Counted from the whole stretch's first letter, positions 23,481-36,156 are shown. The stretch: 63,770 bases of DNA, filler included, from Hyphochytrium catenoides (GCA_900088475.1; 15 parts of 15 records of this genome joined end to end with filler, not necessarily neighbours in it); one strand, 5' to 3'. The notes: generated by a model not told the origin, from the letters alone. Made by a program: numbers and translations.

Positions 23481-24832
23481 ATTCCTTTCTCTTCGCNNNN
23501 NNNNNNNNNNNNNNNNNNNNNNNNNNNNNNNNNNNNNNNNTTAATTAATTAANNNNNNNNNNNNNNNNNNNNNNNNNNNNNNNNNNNNNNNNNNNNAGAG
23601 AGAGAGAGACAGAGCGAGAGGGAGAGAGAGAGACAGAGCGAGAGGGAGAGAGAGAAAGAGAAAGAGAGAAGAGAGAGAGTTGGTCTGTCAAGTTTTCGAA
23701 CCACTTCCCGCCCTATTTTCTCTGGTGTGTACGGTTAGCGGTTCTCGCTAACGGCTAGACATCTGAAGGTACGTAATATCTAGGGATTGCAGAGATAGCC
23801 GTTGAGGCCGTTAGTGGTTCATTGGCGGGAAAGGAGAGAAAAGGAGAGAGAAAGAAAGAAAGAAGGAGAGGAGAGAGAGAGAGGAGAAGAGAAGACAGAG
23901 AAGACAGAGGAAGGAAAAGAAGAATGAGAAGAGATGAAAGAGAAAAGAGGAGGAGAGAGAGAGAGAGGTGAAAGACAAGAGAGATGGAAGCGAGAGAAAG
24001 AAAGGAGGAGGAGAGAGGAGAACAATAAAAAGAGAACAGAAGAGAATGAGAGAAGAGAGAGAAAAAGCAAGAGACGAGACAGAACAGAAAGAGTCGTGCT
24101 ACTCTGCGGAGAGAGAGAGAGAGAGAGAGAGAGTAAAGAAGAGAGGAGAGCGAGGTTCTTCTCTACCTCGTCGAAGTGTCGGTCGTAGTAAAGGTCTAAT
24201 GAAGCCAGAGAGAGCTGCATCGTGCTAGGCCGAGACATCCTTCGAGCGCCTAACCATCGAGAGGTTGATGACTCTCATGTCAGTGTGTTCCTTCTTCTTC
24301 TCCCTTCTTACCTCTTCTTCAGAAAGCTGCTACGCGTCGTCGTCTGCTCTTGCTGCCGGCTCGGAGAGCCCACGCAGAGCACTGAACCTCTTCCTCCATG
24401 ATCATCTTTGACCGATGGAGAGACCGAGATGGCGTTGGCTGTGAGGAATCACTGCCACGTTGTTGAGGACTGAGTACCTGTGCCGTCCTCCATCCTCCGA
24501 AGCTGTTCCTGGCCGCTACTCAGGAGTCATCTCTGCTCCTCACGCACTGGATACGCCTCGTTCTGTCCATCCAAAGCCATCATCGCTCATCAGCAGGATG
24601 TAGACAGTGGCAAGGCCTAGAGCAGCACACGACCTGGCCAGTCTCCTCCTCGGCAGTAAGACTGGATGGCAGACGTCCTAGGCACAATCTTAGAGGTAAG
24701 GAGATTAGAAGAGAAGAACGGCATCCGCGACCCTCATCTCTGTCATCTGAAGAAGGATGAAGCTCTGCCTGGACAAACTCTGAAGAAGGACGGTGATCAA
24801 GGCTCAACTTAACGGGTCAGCATGCCAAACAT

Positions 24833-25124
24833 TAGAGCTTACTTCTTCCTCTTCAAGCGATGTGAGCGGAGGAGCTGCGGATGCCAAACAACTCTTCAAA
24901 GGCCAGCATTTGCCCGGCAAGGCCGCCCCCCGATAAGGCTAAGAAGGTCTACGTCCCGGAGGCCAGCGGACGTCTCTTGGTCTCAAGGTTAATAGATCTT
25001 AGCCTTTATCCTTGGCCTGCGCTGGACGGTCAATCCGTGCTCACAGCTTCTCTTTAACCTTCTGAAGAGTTGTTTGGCATCCGCACGCGGCTCACAAGGC
25101 TTGAAGACGAAGAACTAAGCTCTA
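24833..25124 (+). ncRNA. Long fold-back hairpin, candidate pre-miRNA/hpRNA
   Basis: 24876-24898 pairs perfectly with 25063-25085 (23 bp). Lower stem 24833-24867 pairs with 25090-25124 with few mismatches, and further inner stems are present. Strand is inferred from G-U pairs in neighbouring hairpins. Confidence 0.55.
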
Positions 25125-26350
25125 GACTATTGCTTTCATCGTAGGCAAAAGAAGAAAGACGTCTAGGATCGGCGGAGAGAGAGACTCTTCCTCACTTTGC
25201 CTGCCTCTTCCTCTATCATCTGCCTACCACTACGTTGGATTTGAAAGATCCACGCCGGGCTTGCAGGTCATCAAGAGTAGATCAAGAGCGGCCATCACCT
25301 GCTCAACATAAACTTCTTCTTCTTCATCACAGAAGAAGAGGACAATCGAGATGAAGCAGCTCCTTCCGACGTTCGAGCCTCTGCAGAAGAGCCAGTGATT
25401 GCCTTCTTCTCCTTCAGTTAACATCCACTTTATCCTGAGCGATAGGACTGATGCTGCTCCGTCTGATGAGCAAAGCTGAAGGATTCTCAGCAACGCGCAC
25501 AGGTTATAGCTATGTCTTTTGTTCCAACGGAGCTCCTGCGGCACCTTTTTCTTCACCAGCCTCTTTCTTGCTTCCTCTGTTCTTTCCCCTTTTTCTCCAT
25601 TGGCCAGGCCTCCAGCCTCTTTGTCTGTGGCACATCGTGTGTCTCTCTCTTTCTCTCTTCTTCTCTCTCCCACTGTCTGTCCGTCTCTCTCTCTCTCTTT
25701 GCCTTGCTGGCGCGTCTGTTTGACATGAGACAGGGCAACCAGTAGTGTTCTTTTCTGGTTTATAGCTTAATATCCTCCTTCTAAACTCCCACTTGCCCTT
25801 CTCTCTTTCTCTCTCTCTTCAGTCTCTTATCAAAACCTCTTTCTCCGAGAAGGAGGAAGAGAGAAAGAGGAATGGGAGAGAGAGAGCTAGGGAAGAGGGA
25901 TGATCCTACTTTAAGAGAGAGAAGAGAGGAAACTTGAACAAAATGAAGGGAAAAAAACTGCCTCAAAAACAAACGCCCACCAGGAAGTGACGACTCCTTT
26001 CTTCCTCTGTCTCCGTCTCTCTTTCGTTAGAGGCTCTTTCCTTCTTTCTCTCTTTTCCCTCTTTTCTCTCTTCTTCATCGCCCTACAAAGAAAATCCAAG
26101 TGATTCCCGTGTCTCGGCGGGGTAAAAATGCAAAACAGGAGAGTTTTTCTCAGTCCTCTCTCTCTCTTTCTCTCAATCTCTTTCCCTCGTAATAACTCAG
26201 AAGTTCCCCCAACTGCCCCTGACCTCGCCTTCACCTTCTCGTTGTCCTTGTCTGTCTTCCCAGTTGTTGCCTACTTCTCCCTTTGTCTCTCTTTTTCTCT
26301 CTCTCTCTCTCTTTCTCTCTTTCTGTCTTCTTCCTCCGTCTTTCCGTCCG

Positions 26351-27442
26351 TCACATAAAGAAATGCTGCTGGTGCAGTTGGTGCTGCTGTGGAGGAGGAA
26401 GACTGGAAGTTGGCGTCGGAGGTTGACCAGGAACAGAAGAAGAAGGAGAGACGCCCATTGTGGGCTGAGAAGAGAGAGGGAGAGACGAAGAAGACGCAGA
26501 AGAGAAAGAAGACGGCACCGGGAGAGACGAGGGAAGAGGATATCCTCCTCCACCTCCTCTTCCCGTCATTGTCCCTGTAGGAGAGGGAGAAGAGGGAGAG
26601 GGAACAGTGGTCGTGTTCTCTTCATCCACGGGGAGAGCCGCACAGGAGAGAGAAGAAGGAAAGCCTTGTCCGTCTCTCACGAGAGAGAGCATGAGACAGA
26701 CAGAGGTCGGCTTTCTCTTCAGCATCCACTTGAGCGTGGAGAAGATGACAGAGCTACTGCCCTGGACCAATTTCCTCAGCATTTCCTGAAGATGCGTGCT
26801 CTGGGTAGGGAGACAGAGAGAGAGAATGCTCTGTCCGCAGATGAAAGAGGGAGAAGAGACAGAGAGAAGAGTGAGAAATTGCTTATTGCAATCGAGAAAG
26901 AGTCCGTCAAAGGAGCAAATTGCCATAGGAACCGCACAATCTTGGAAGAGATTGTGAAATGTTGCGCTGGTACCGCGAATGTACGTGGAAGAGAGTTCTC
27001 CCGCAACTCTCTCTCTTTCTCTCTCTCCTCCTCCTCCTCCTCCTGCCCCTGAGGGGGCGGTGATATTTGCGGAATCACGGGGAGAAGAGGAAGGATTGGG
27101 GAGAGAGGAAGCAGGGAAGAAAGCTCCGGACGAAGAAGAAGAGAGAGGAGAACGCGCAGCTAACATCGCAGCTGGAGAACCGCCTGGCCAAAGTTGGGCC
27201 CGCGCGTAGAGGTCAGGGGAGAGGAGAAATGAGGGGAGAGAGGGAGTAAGACCCGGGAGAGAGAGAGAGAGAGAAAGAGAAAGCAGGTATGCGAAGTTTA
27301 ATAGGGAGAGAGAAAGAGAAAAGGGTAATTAGTGCTTCGTAGGGAAAACTTGAGAGGAGAATAAAGCGCAAAGCTTGAAGTAGAAACAGGGCCGAGGACG
27401 CAGTCGAAGTGAAAGAGAGCAGAAAAGAGAAACTAGGACAAT

Positions 27443-27490
<48 letters not shown>

Positions 27491-28799
27491 CCGTAGAAGG
27501 GAGACTAAAAACCATGCGAGACGGGCAATAGACACGACGATGCGTAGATAATAGAAAGGGAAGAGAGAGGGAGAAGGAACAGGGTGTAAAAACGACAGAG
27601 AGGAAGACAAAGCTGATCATAAAGAAAGAAGGATAGTAAGATGAAGAGGTATCGGAAGAACGGAGAGAGGCAGGAAAGAGAGAGATGGAAGAAAGAAAGA
27701 GAGAGACCGAGAGAAGAGGACAAGGACTAGGACTAGACAAAAAAAATGAGCTCTGCTCACCAAGAGTAACTTGCTGCTTGAAGATCTCCAGGTGGTTGAC
27801 TTTCCTCTCCAATTCTGCGACGTACTCCAGCGTGGAAGAGAGAATGTGATGTTTCTCTCTCCTGACCACGCAGCCCGCCGTCTCCAGTCTTCCTCTCAAT
27901 CTATGGAGGAGGTCGGTGATCCTCTTCATTCTCTTTTTCTCTCTCAGATTGTGAATCTGTTTCTTTGTGAGGGCTTTACTGTCTTCCCCTCCCTCTTCGT
28001 CGTCCTCTCTCTCTCTTTCTCTCCCTCCATCTTCTCCTCTAGAATTAAAGGAACGGGGAGTATCGTCGTCATTCCCGTCATTATCATCGTCAGAGTCCTC
28101 ACCATAGCCTTCATCTTCTCCTCTTTCTCTCTCTTTTCTCTCCTCAAGAGAGAGAGAGACACGACTGCCCTCTCCCCCGATAATTCCTTTCCTTTCCTGG
28201 TCTGAAGGAGCAGGAAGAGGGGGAGGCACCGTAGTAGAAGAGGAGGAAGATGAGGAAGAGCCTTTCCTATAGATTTTCCTATTTGGTGCACCGTTCTCTT
28301 CTCTCTTCTCTGCTACTCCTCCTTTCTCCTCGGTACTAGGCCTTCTGTCTCTTGAAACTTCTCTCTCTTCCTCTCTCTTATTTCCTTCTCTCTCTCCTTC
28401 TGTCACAACCTCCACTGGGCGCTTCCAAGGAAGAGGAGCAGCAAAGGAAGAGGCAGGTGGCGGAGGAGGAACAGAGGAGGGCTGAGAAGAGAAAGAGGAA
28501 AACGATGCGCCGGAGAGAGAAGGAGAGAAAAACATTCTCTCCCCTGCTATTCCTTGAGCTGGTGGATAGGCTGAATTAAGAGGAAAGGCTCCTCCTCCTC
28601 CTCCTGGTAAGCGAGAGAGAGAGAGAGAGGGAGAAGAAGAGAAGAGACTTCCTGCTGCTGGTCCTCTCACAGCTGAGGGAGGAAGATTCTGGAAGGAAGC
28701 GGCGGTGGGAACCATGAAGCCCGTCAGAGAGGGAGGAAGACGCCGAGAGAGAGGATTGTCTCCCAAAGAGAGAGACGCAGAGCCCTGTGTCATACTCAT
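26351..28799 (-). CDS. bHLH-PAS transcription factor (exons 28799-27761 and 27183-26351; start codon uncertain)
   Basis: bHLH KKQIHNLREKKRMKRITDLLHRLRGRL...REKHHILSSTLEYVAELE. PAS-like FHNLFQDCAVPMAICSFDGLFLDCNKQFLTLL. Phase-1 intron with GTGAGC donor and CAG acceptor. Confidence 0.85.
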
Positions 28800-28868
28800 A
28801 CTGGGCGGATGGGAGAGAGAAATGTTTGTGTGTGTGGGCGGGAGAGAGAGAGAGAAACACGAAACACC

Positions 28869-28918
<50 letters not shown>

Positions 28919-29056
28919 GAGAGAGAGAGAGCAAGAGCAAGCGGGAAGCAGAAATGGGGGAATGCAGGTGAGCTTTTAGCCGTGGAGCGGATTAAGCAAG
29001 GGAATGAGAGGAGGACTAATAACGGAGAAAACTGTGTGTGTTCGTGTGAGTGAGAG

Positions 29057-29088
<32 letters not shown>

Positions 29089-29436
29089 ATGTCGGCGGCA
29101 AGAGAGAGAGAGAGAGTCCAAATTTCCACGAGCCTATTGGCACCTTAACAAACCCCTGTTCTCTCTTTGACGAAATACAGCGCTCGCTCTCTCTCTCTCT
29201 CTTCTGCTCTTTCTCTCTCTCTTCCTCTCCATCTTCCATTTTCCATCTCCCTTCCTGAGGCTCGTCTCCTTACCTTCTATTGCCCATCAACTCCGCAGGC
29301 GGCTGTCGCGGTTGAGGTCCCTCTCCTCCCATCATCACACTCCCCAACATCAGAGCGCCACCACGGCGCCGGGAGAAGACACCGAGATCTGGAGAAAGAC
29401 AATGTCAGGAAGAGAGACCAAAAGAAGAAAAGGAAG

Positions 29437-29478
<42 letters not shown>

Positions 29479-29963
29479 AACACAGGGACAAGAGACAGAG
29501 AGAGGTGTTTATTAGTACTTTCTCTGTTTCAAATATCCCGTTCAGCCCCTTTTGCCATGATCTCACTATGTTTTCATAAACAAGAAGAAATAGAGAAGGT
29601 GACAGATGTATCCCGGAAGAGAGAGACACCGAGAGAGAGAGAGAGAAAGAGGGACAGAGAGAGAGAGAGAAAGAGGAAAGACAAGCATCTCCAACATACC
29701 TGTCCTTCTCCTCCTTTCTTCTCCTGTCTTTGTCTCTTTTTTCTGATGTTCCGTCTTCGGTCACCGCTGCTTTGCAAGAGGAAACCTTCCTCTCCTTCCG
29801 AGCTCATCCACTCCAGCGATTCTGCATCTTTGACTCTCTTCTTCTATTTCTCTTTTCTTCTTTTTTTCTATTGAAGCTTCCAATCCGTCTCGACCAAGTT
29901 TCTTGAGCTCCTACGGCAAAGAAAGAAAGAACATCGGAAGAGACCAGCCGGCTTATTAGCAAA

Positions 29964-30011
<48 letters not shown>

Positions 30012-30168
30012 CAATTGAGGACGGGATGCAGCAAGGTGAGAACAGTGACCAGGCCTTCATTCAAACAATTCTGCAGTCCAGAAGACAAAGAGATACTGAG
30101 CTCACACACGCAGAGAAAGTGGAAAAAGAGAAAGAACCAGAGAGAAGAGAGAAAGGGAGAGGAGATCA

Positions 30169-30210
<42 letters not shown>

Positions 30211-31764
30211 GTAAGGAAAGGCTCGGCCAGATTCACACCTTTTTCAGATTGATCACCCGCCAGCGCAACTGTGCCGCTCAGCGAACAAACGAGTCCCTCG
30301 ATTCCTTGATCTGCGTTCTCTTTCTCTCTCTCTCTCCTACTACAGCGCAGGATCAAGGGCAGAGAGAGAGAGAAACACAAAGAGGAAGAAGAGGCGGAGA
30401 AAGACGCACGAACTGAGATCTGCCGAGAAAGAGCGAGGGAGGAAGAGAGAAATGGGCCCTCGCCGGTCTTTCTTGTTTCCTGATCTGCTAGCCACACACC
30501 AGTAGTCTTTGAGAAGAGAGAGAGAAAGAAAGAGAGAGGAGATGAGTATGTGATGACAAGAGAAGAAGAGAGAAGAGTTTTTATGCCATACAACGAATGC
30601 TGCACGGCAGGTCTTCTTGGTCTGGCTTGAAGAATTCCAGCGCAATGAGGATGAGAAGCAGGAGAGAGAGAGAAAGGGAACAGAGAGAGAGAGAGGGAAG
30701 AGAGAGAGAGAGCAGAGAGAAAAGATAGACAGAGAACGTACACAGCTTGGTCTGGAAGGTAAGGATGGAGTCAGGAGAGACGAGAAGAGGTACAAAGGCA
30801 AGCAGGAGGGGTTAAAGGTTATGATGGGAGGAGCATCGTAGAGAGAAGCAGACAAAAACCGAGAAAGAGAGAGAGACAGAACAAAAGAGAGAGAAAAAGA
30901 GAGAACAGCTGAAGAGAGGAGAGACCCAAATCTCAGAGGAGGCAGAATGATCGAAGAAGGTGGTTGGTTGACGGTGATCAGCAGGCGAAGATGGCGAAAG
31001 AGCTAGCCATAAATGCTCCGTTCTTAACAGTTGAAGGGGAACCAGAACCGAGGAGAGAGAGAGAAAAGAGAGAGAGAGAGAGACAAGACTGTCCCCCTGA
31101 CCCAGTTGGTCCAGTCTCTAGATTTATTCCCTGGGCCGTTCTTCTGTCTCTTCTCTCCTCGTCCTTTTCCTCTTGTTATGTCAGTCTCTCATTCTTCTCT
31201 CTCTCTGGCGCGCTCTCTCGATAGCTCTAAAAAGAAAGAGCTCACTCCACTCTCTCTTTCCTCTTTTCTCTCTCTGTCTGCGTGGCTGCATTCTCTCTCT
31301 CTTCCAGATAAATGTGAGGCACAATGACTGTGACGTCTCCCTCGCTCTCTCTCTTGATTTCCGTCCTAGGGACCCTCTCGCGGCTTCTCCTTTCTTTCTG
31401 TCTTCACCTTTTTTGAGCTTTGGAATCTCTCTCTCTTTCATCATTTATGAGAGACGCTTATGCACAAGACGAGGTCCCACTCCGTCTCTCTCTCGCTCTT
31501 TGTGATGGTTTCTTGCTCACCCTCTCTCTCTTCTTCTCTCTCTCTCTCGTTTCTTTCTTTCTCTCTCCTTACTCCTTATTTTCTCTCTCTCTCTTCCAAC
31601 TCCTCTCTTGTATCTCTCTCTACGTCTCTCTCTCTTCTTTTACAAATAATTGCTGCAGGATGAGGAGCTGGGTCTTGGACTAAGCTGATGGATGTAAGGG
31701 CAACTTCTCTCTTTGGAAACCACGTTATAAGGCTGCCGTCCATCATCTTTCCTATAGGAAACTC

Positions 31765-31801
<37 letters not shown>

Positions 31802-31961
31802 TTTTTTTCTCTTACAATAGTCTTCCCCTCTGTGGCTTTGGTTCTTGATATCTCTTCCAAGACTCTCTCTTGCTTCGTGACTGCCTTTCGGGTGTCAGTT
31901 GAATTGATGAGTAAGCGCATGGTAGGAAAGAGAAACGAACAGAAACGCAATCACAGTAAAA

Positions 31962-32002
<41 letters not shown>

Positions 32003-32471
32003 GAGAGACAGAGAGGGAGAAGGAGGACCTCTTACTCTCTGCAGAGACCAAGAGAACGGAGGCGACGAAAGGGAATGAAGTAGACAGAGAGAGGAGAGAG
32101 AGAGAGGAGAGAGAGAGAGGAGAGAGAGAGAGAAGAGAGAGAGCGAGGGAGAGTGTACATAAGACGTCTCTCTCTTGTACAAATAGAGTCTAGGGCACCC
32201 AAAGAAGGAGGGACAAAGGCCTGACGGACACTCTCCTCGCATGTCCAAAGGCTGTGCACGAAGGCTCGGCTGTTGGGAGCCCTCTCTCGCCAGCTGACGA
32301 TCTGATTCTTCACAGTGCATGGGAGGAGAAAGAGAAAGAAATAAGAGAGAGAGAGAGAGAGAGAGTGTGATCAATGAGAGAAAGAGAGAGGAGGAGAAGA
32401 GAGAGAGTGAGAAGAGAGAGTAAACGAAGAGAGATGAGATACCTCACTAGGAAAAAACAGGTGAAAGAGGT

Positions 32472-32517
<46 letters not shown>

Positions 32518-35500
32518 AAAGGAGGGTGTGAAGGTCCAGGGGAAGGAGGTTGGAGGGGTGGGGGCGTTGGCGAGGAGCAAAGAAGCGGAACGTTTGTACC
32601 AGGAAACAGAGAAGACGAAGAATTCAAAGAAACAGCAGGAGAGAGTGCTAAACTAGATATTTGGATAAGGGAGAGAGAAGCTAACAGGATGAGACAGAGT
32701 GACAGAGGGAAGAAAAGAGAGAAGTAAAAGAGAAAGAGAGAGAGAGAGATACTCACGAGGAAGAGAGAGAGAACAAGAGAGAGAGAGATGAGAGAGAGAA
32801 CAAGAGAGAGAGAGAGATGAGAGAGAGACACAGAGAGAGTGAGAGAGAGAGAGAGAGAGAGAGAAGGGGAGAGGGAACAGAGAACAAGCACCTAATGATG
32901 GGATATCGACTCGGTTAAGACCTGCTTTTGCTCTATCGTCCCACCTAATTGTATGCGTAGTCACGTCAAATGGGCTCTTTCATGGGTTATTCGCCTTTAA
33001 AAGGGTTAGAGGTTAGCTCTAATGGTTTGAACAATCTCAGTCCGCCCATGCAAGAAATAAGCATAAAGGCGACTATGCTTTCCATCACCACATTCAATTG
33101 ACTCAATACTTCAACTCCTTCAATAAATGAATCTTTCCATAGGGCCTTCCACTGTAATAATTATAGGATTTAATTGAAAGGTTTCATGGTCCCTGAACTA
33201 AATCCACCGTTTCTGCACAGTTGCAGGTTGCAGCGATGAAGCCAAATGCTATTCTAAATTCAGGGGTTCACGTCTTATCATATTCGGAATATCTGCAGGT
33301 GTGAAAACGGTTCCCCCCACGTGTACAGCAGGGGGGACCGCTCACCCAACATGGCGGCCTTCACGATTCAAGGCCCTTCTTCATGGAGGTGGGTGGGCCC
33401 ACATCCGGAGGACCGCGGTGGGTGGGGAAGAGAGTGCAAAGAAAGGAAAGAAAGAGGGAAAATGAAGAAAAAGAAAGAAGAGAGCCGATGATAATATTGG
33501 GAAGTAAAGGAAGAAGAGTAGGACGAGGGAGATAGACAAAGAGAAAGAGGCAAAGCGGGGAAGGGAAAGATCAATAGACGAAGGGAGGCGAAGAGAGGGA
33601 GCTTGAAAGGAAGGAGAGAGAGAGAGAGAGAGGGAGAGAGAGAGAGGAGAGAGAAGGAGAGCGAGAAAGAAACTGTGTTGGTCACGTTTCCCTCCCAGCA
33701 GGTACAAGTAGTAGTTATATCTCACTCCTCTTTCCTCTCTTCCTACTGCTGCTGCTGCACGCTGATGTAACCCTAACCCTAAGCCCCACCTCTGCTCATG
33801 AGAGGAAGGTAACCCAAGAACAACAAACAGCAAAAAGGAGGATAAGCACAACTCAGCAGCCCGCGCGCGGGCTCATTCCACTGCCTCCTCATCACATCAT
33901 GCAGCAGCCAGCAGCAAAGGAACAAGCAGGAGGAGAAAGACATCGTGGAAAGAAGACTTCCTGGCGCGATGAGAAGAAGAAAGAAGACAGGGGGAGAGAA
34001 GAGAAGACGAAAACGACGGACAAAGAAAAGATCTGTTCATTATTATATAGCAACCTCCTTACTACCTTGGTCGTTCAGGCTCCTTCGAACTGCTTTGTTA
34101 TCCTCCTCCTCCTCCTCACACAGAGCTGATGCGTGTCCTCTTCTTCTATGTACTTTTGATCATCTGCAGTAAGTGGATGCTGCTCTTTTTTTTTTATCAG
34201 AGCTCGCGAGATAGAGATGGCTCTCATGATGATGGCGATAATGATGCCGCGCCTTCTTCGCTCCAAAGAGAAGCTTTGCGCTGCTCTTCCGTCCCTTTAT
34301 TATCCTTGCATCTGTCCGCCACCTCACGGTCTTCTCTTCTCTCGTCCTGTCGACTTTTCCTCTGTTTCCTCCATCATATTATCCCGCTGATGAGCAACAC
34401 GAGGGCCTGCTTCTTTGTTCCTACTATCTTCTCTTCTCTCTTATCACGTCTTCTGATCTGAAGCATGGGGAGAGAGTGGGAGAGGAGAGATCTCATCGAT
34501 CTAGACCCCGAGAGAGACTGCTGCCCGCTACGGGTGGTAGTAGAGGCGTTAGGGAAAGAAGAAGAGAAGAAGAAGAAGCGTATGCCTCACGACAGCGGTA
34601 ATAATGACTGGGAGTGAGCTTGCCAAAGCTCTGGATGCTGGGAAAAGGCGCAAATGCCATCTCCCTCAAGACTAAAGGGCCTCCGCAATAGCGGCGCCTT
34701 CTTGTTACCAAGAAGAGAAGAGGGAGAATGGCTGCCCAACGTTATTTATGGCTCACTGGCCTCAGCTTGACCGATGAGGTTGTCAGGCAGCAGTAGTGCC
34801 ACTGTCACCTCCTCTAGCATCGTGGTGTCATATCCCCGTCTCTTCCCTTTCATCGGTTGAAAGCTCATCAGCTTCTTCCCTTCAGACTGACGATCTGTTC
34901 AATGAGAAGCCGAGCGGGTCATGAAGGAGAGTGAAAGGTGCAACCTTTGTCTGCATCTTGGCTGGCCAGGCGACAGAGGAAGACTTAAGACGGAGCGCGC
35001 GCAATAGCACTTTCTAAGTAAGAGAGAAGTTTATCGAATTGACTATGGAAGGTAAGGAGAGCGTGTCTCTCCCAAGAGAGAAAGCCTAACTGATATTGCA
35101 ATGACAGAAGAAACAGGATCATGCAAGAGAGATTGTATATAAGCAGCAGCCGAGGAGCATGCGGAGATTAGGAAGAGAGCAAAAAGAGAGAAGAAAGACA
35201 GGAGAATCCTTCCTGAGAGCCACCTGTTGACCCTTCCAGTCAAGACTACTCGTGACTCTCAGAAGAGAGAAGAGCTGCATCTCCTACACTGACCGATCCT
35301 CATCCTGCGCTCAGCGTCGCCAGTGGGGATGTGTCTGCTTGGATCTTCTGAAAGATATGTGAGACAGCGATGGGACTAAGGTCATACAAGGGCGCCGCAT
35401 GATGAGGACAAGCTCTGTAAGGATAAACGAGGGACGAAAGGAGGAATGCACCACTGGCAAGGCAGCTCTTATTTATAAAGAAATGTGGGGCAGCGGTTGG

Positions 35501-36110
35501 TCTCTCTCTTCGAAAGTGGACCATCAATGCTCTCCTTCCGCGGGCAGGCAGGCAGGGAGAGGATTGACAATTAAGGACGAGTCTAGGAAAAGGGGAAGGG
35601 ACGACTATCGACTGCGCTCAGAATTTGAAGATCTCTCTCCCTACGTAAAGAGAATAAGCTGCCTGACAAAGGTGGATTGAGGAGAGAACTGAGAGAGAGA
35701 GATAGAGAGAGAGAACTTAGCGAGGTTATGCTTGGAGCGGTAAGAAGAAAGAGAGAGAGACGGGAAGAATAAAGACATCCTCCCTCTTCTTCAAGCCGCC
35801 TCTCGTTGACATCAAGGAAGCTCTCCCATGTCCTACACTTGGCTAACGCGGAGAAAGGCTGTCCGAGACACCTGCTGCAAGTGATCCCTTCCTTTCTGGC
35901 TCTTTTTTCTCTTTCTATTATTTTCCCAATTTCCACCTGCTGCGGGCGCTATTCTCTTCTTCCCTTGGCTCTTCCCTAGAGCTCTGAGGGCGAAAGAAGG
36001 AAACCGCTTTGGTCCAGGAGCTTCTGTCCTTCTTTCTGACCAGTACTTCGTCTCACTCCTTTGTCCTTCTTACTTCAAACTCAGGCATTTCTTCTCTCGT
36101 CGATCTCTCT

Positions 36111-36156
<46 letters not shown>

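Noticed and set aside
25460-25490. Hammerhead ribozyme at CTGATGAG (also ~34387)
   Set aside because: No GAAA follows a stem II, so the catalytic core cannot be completed.
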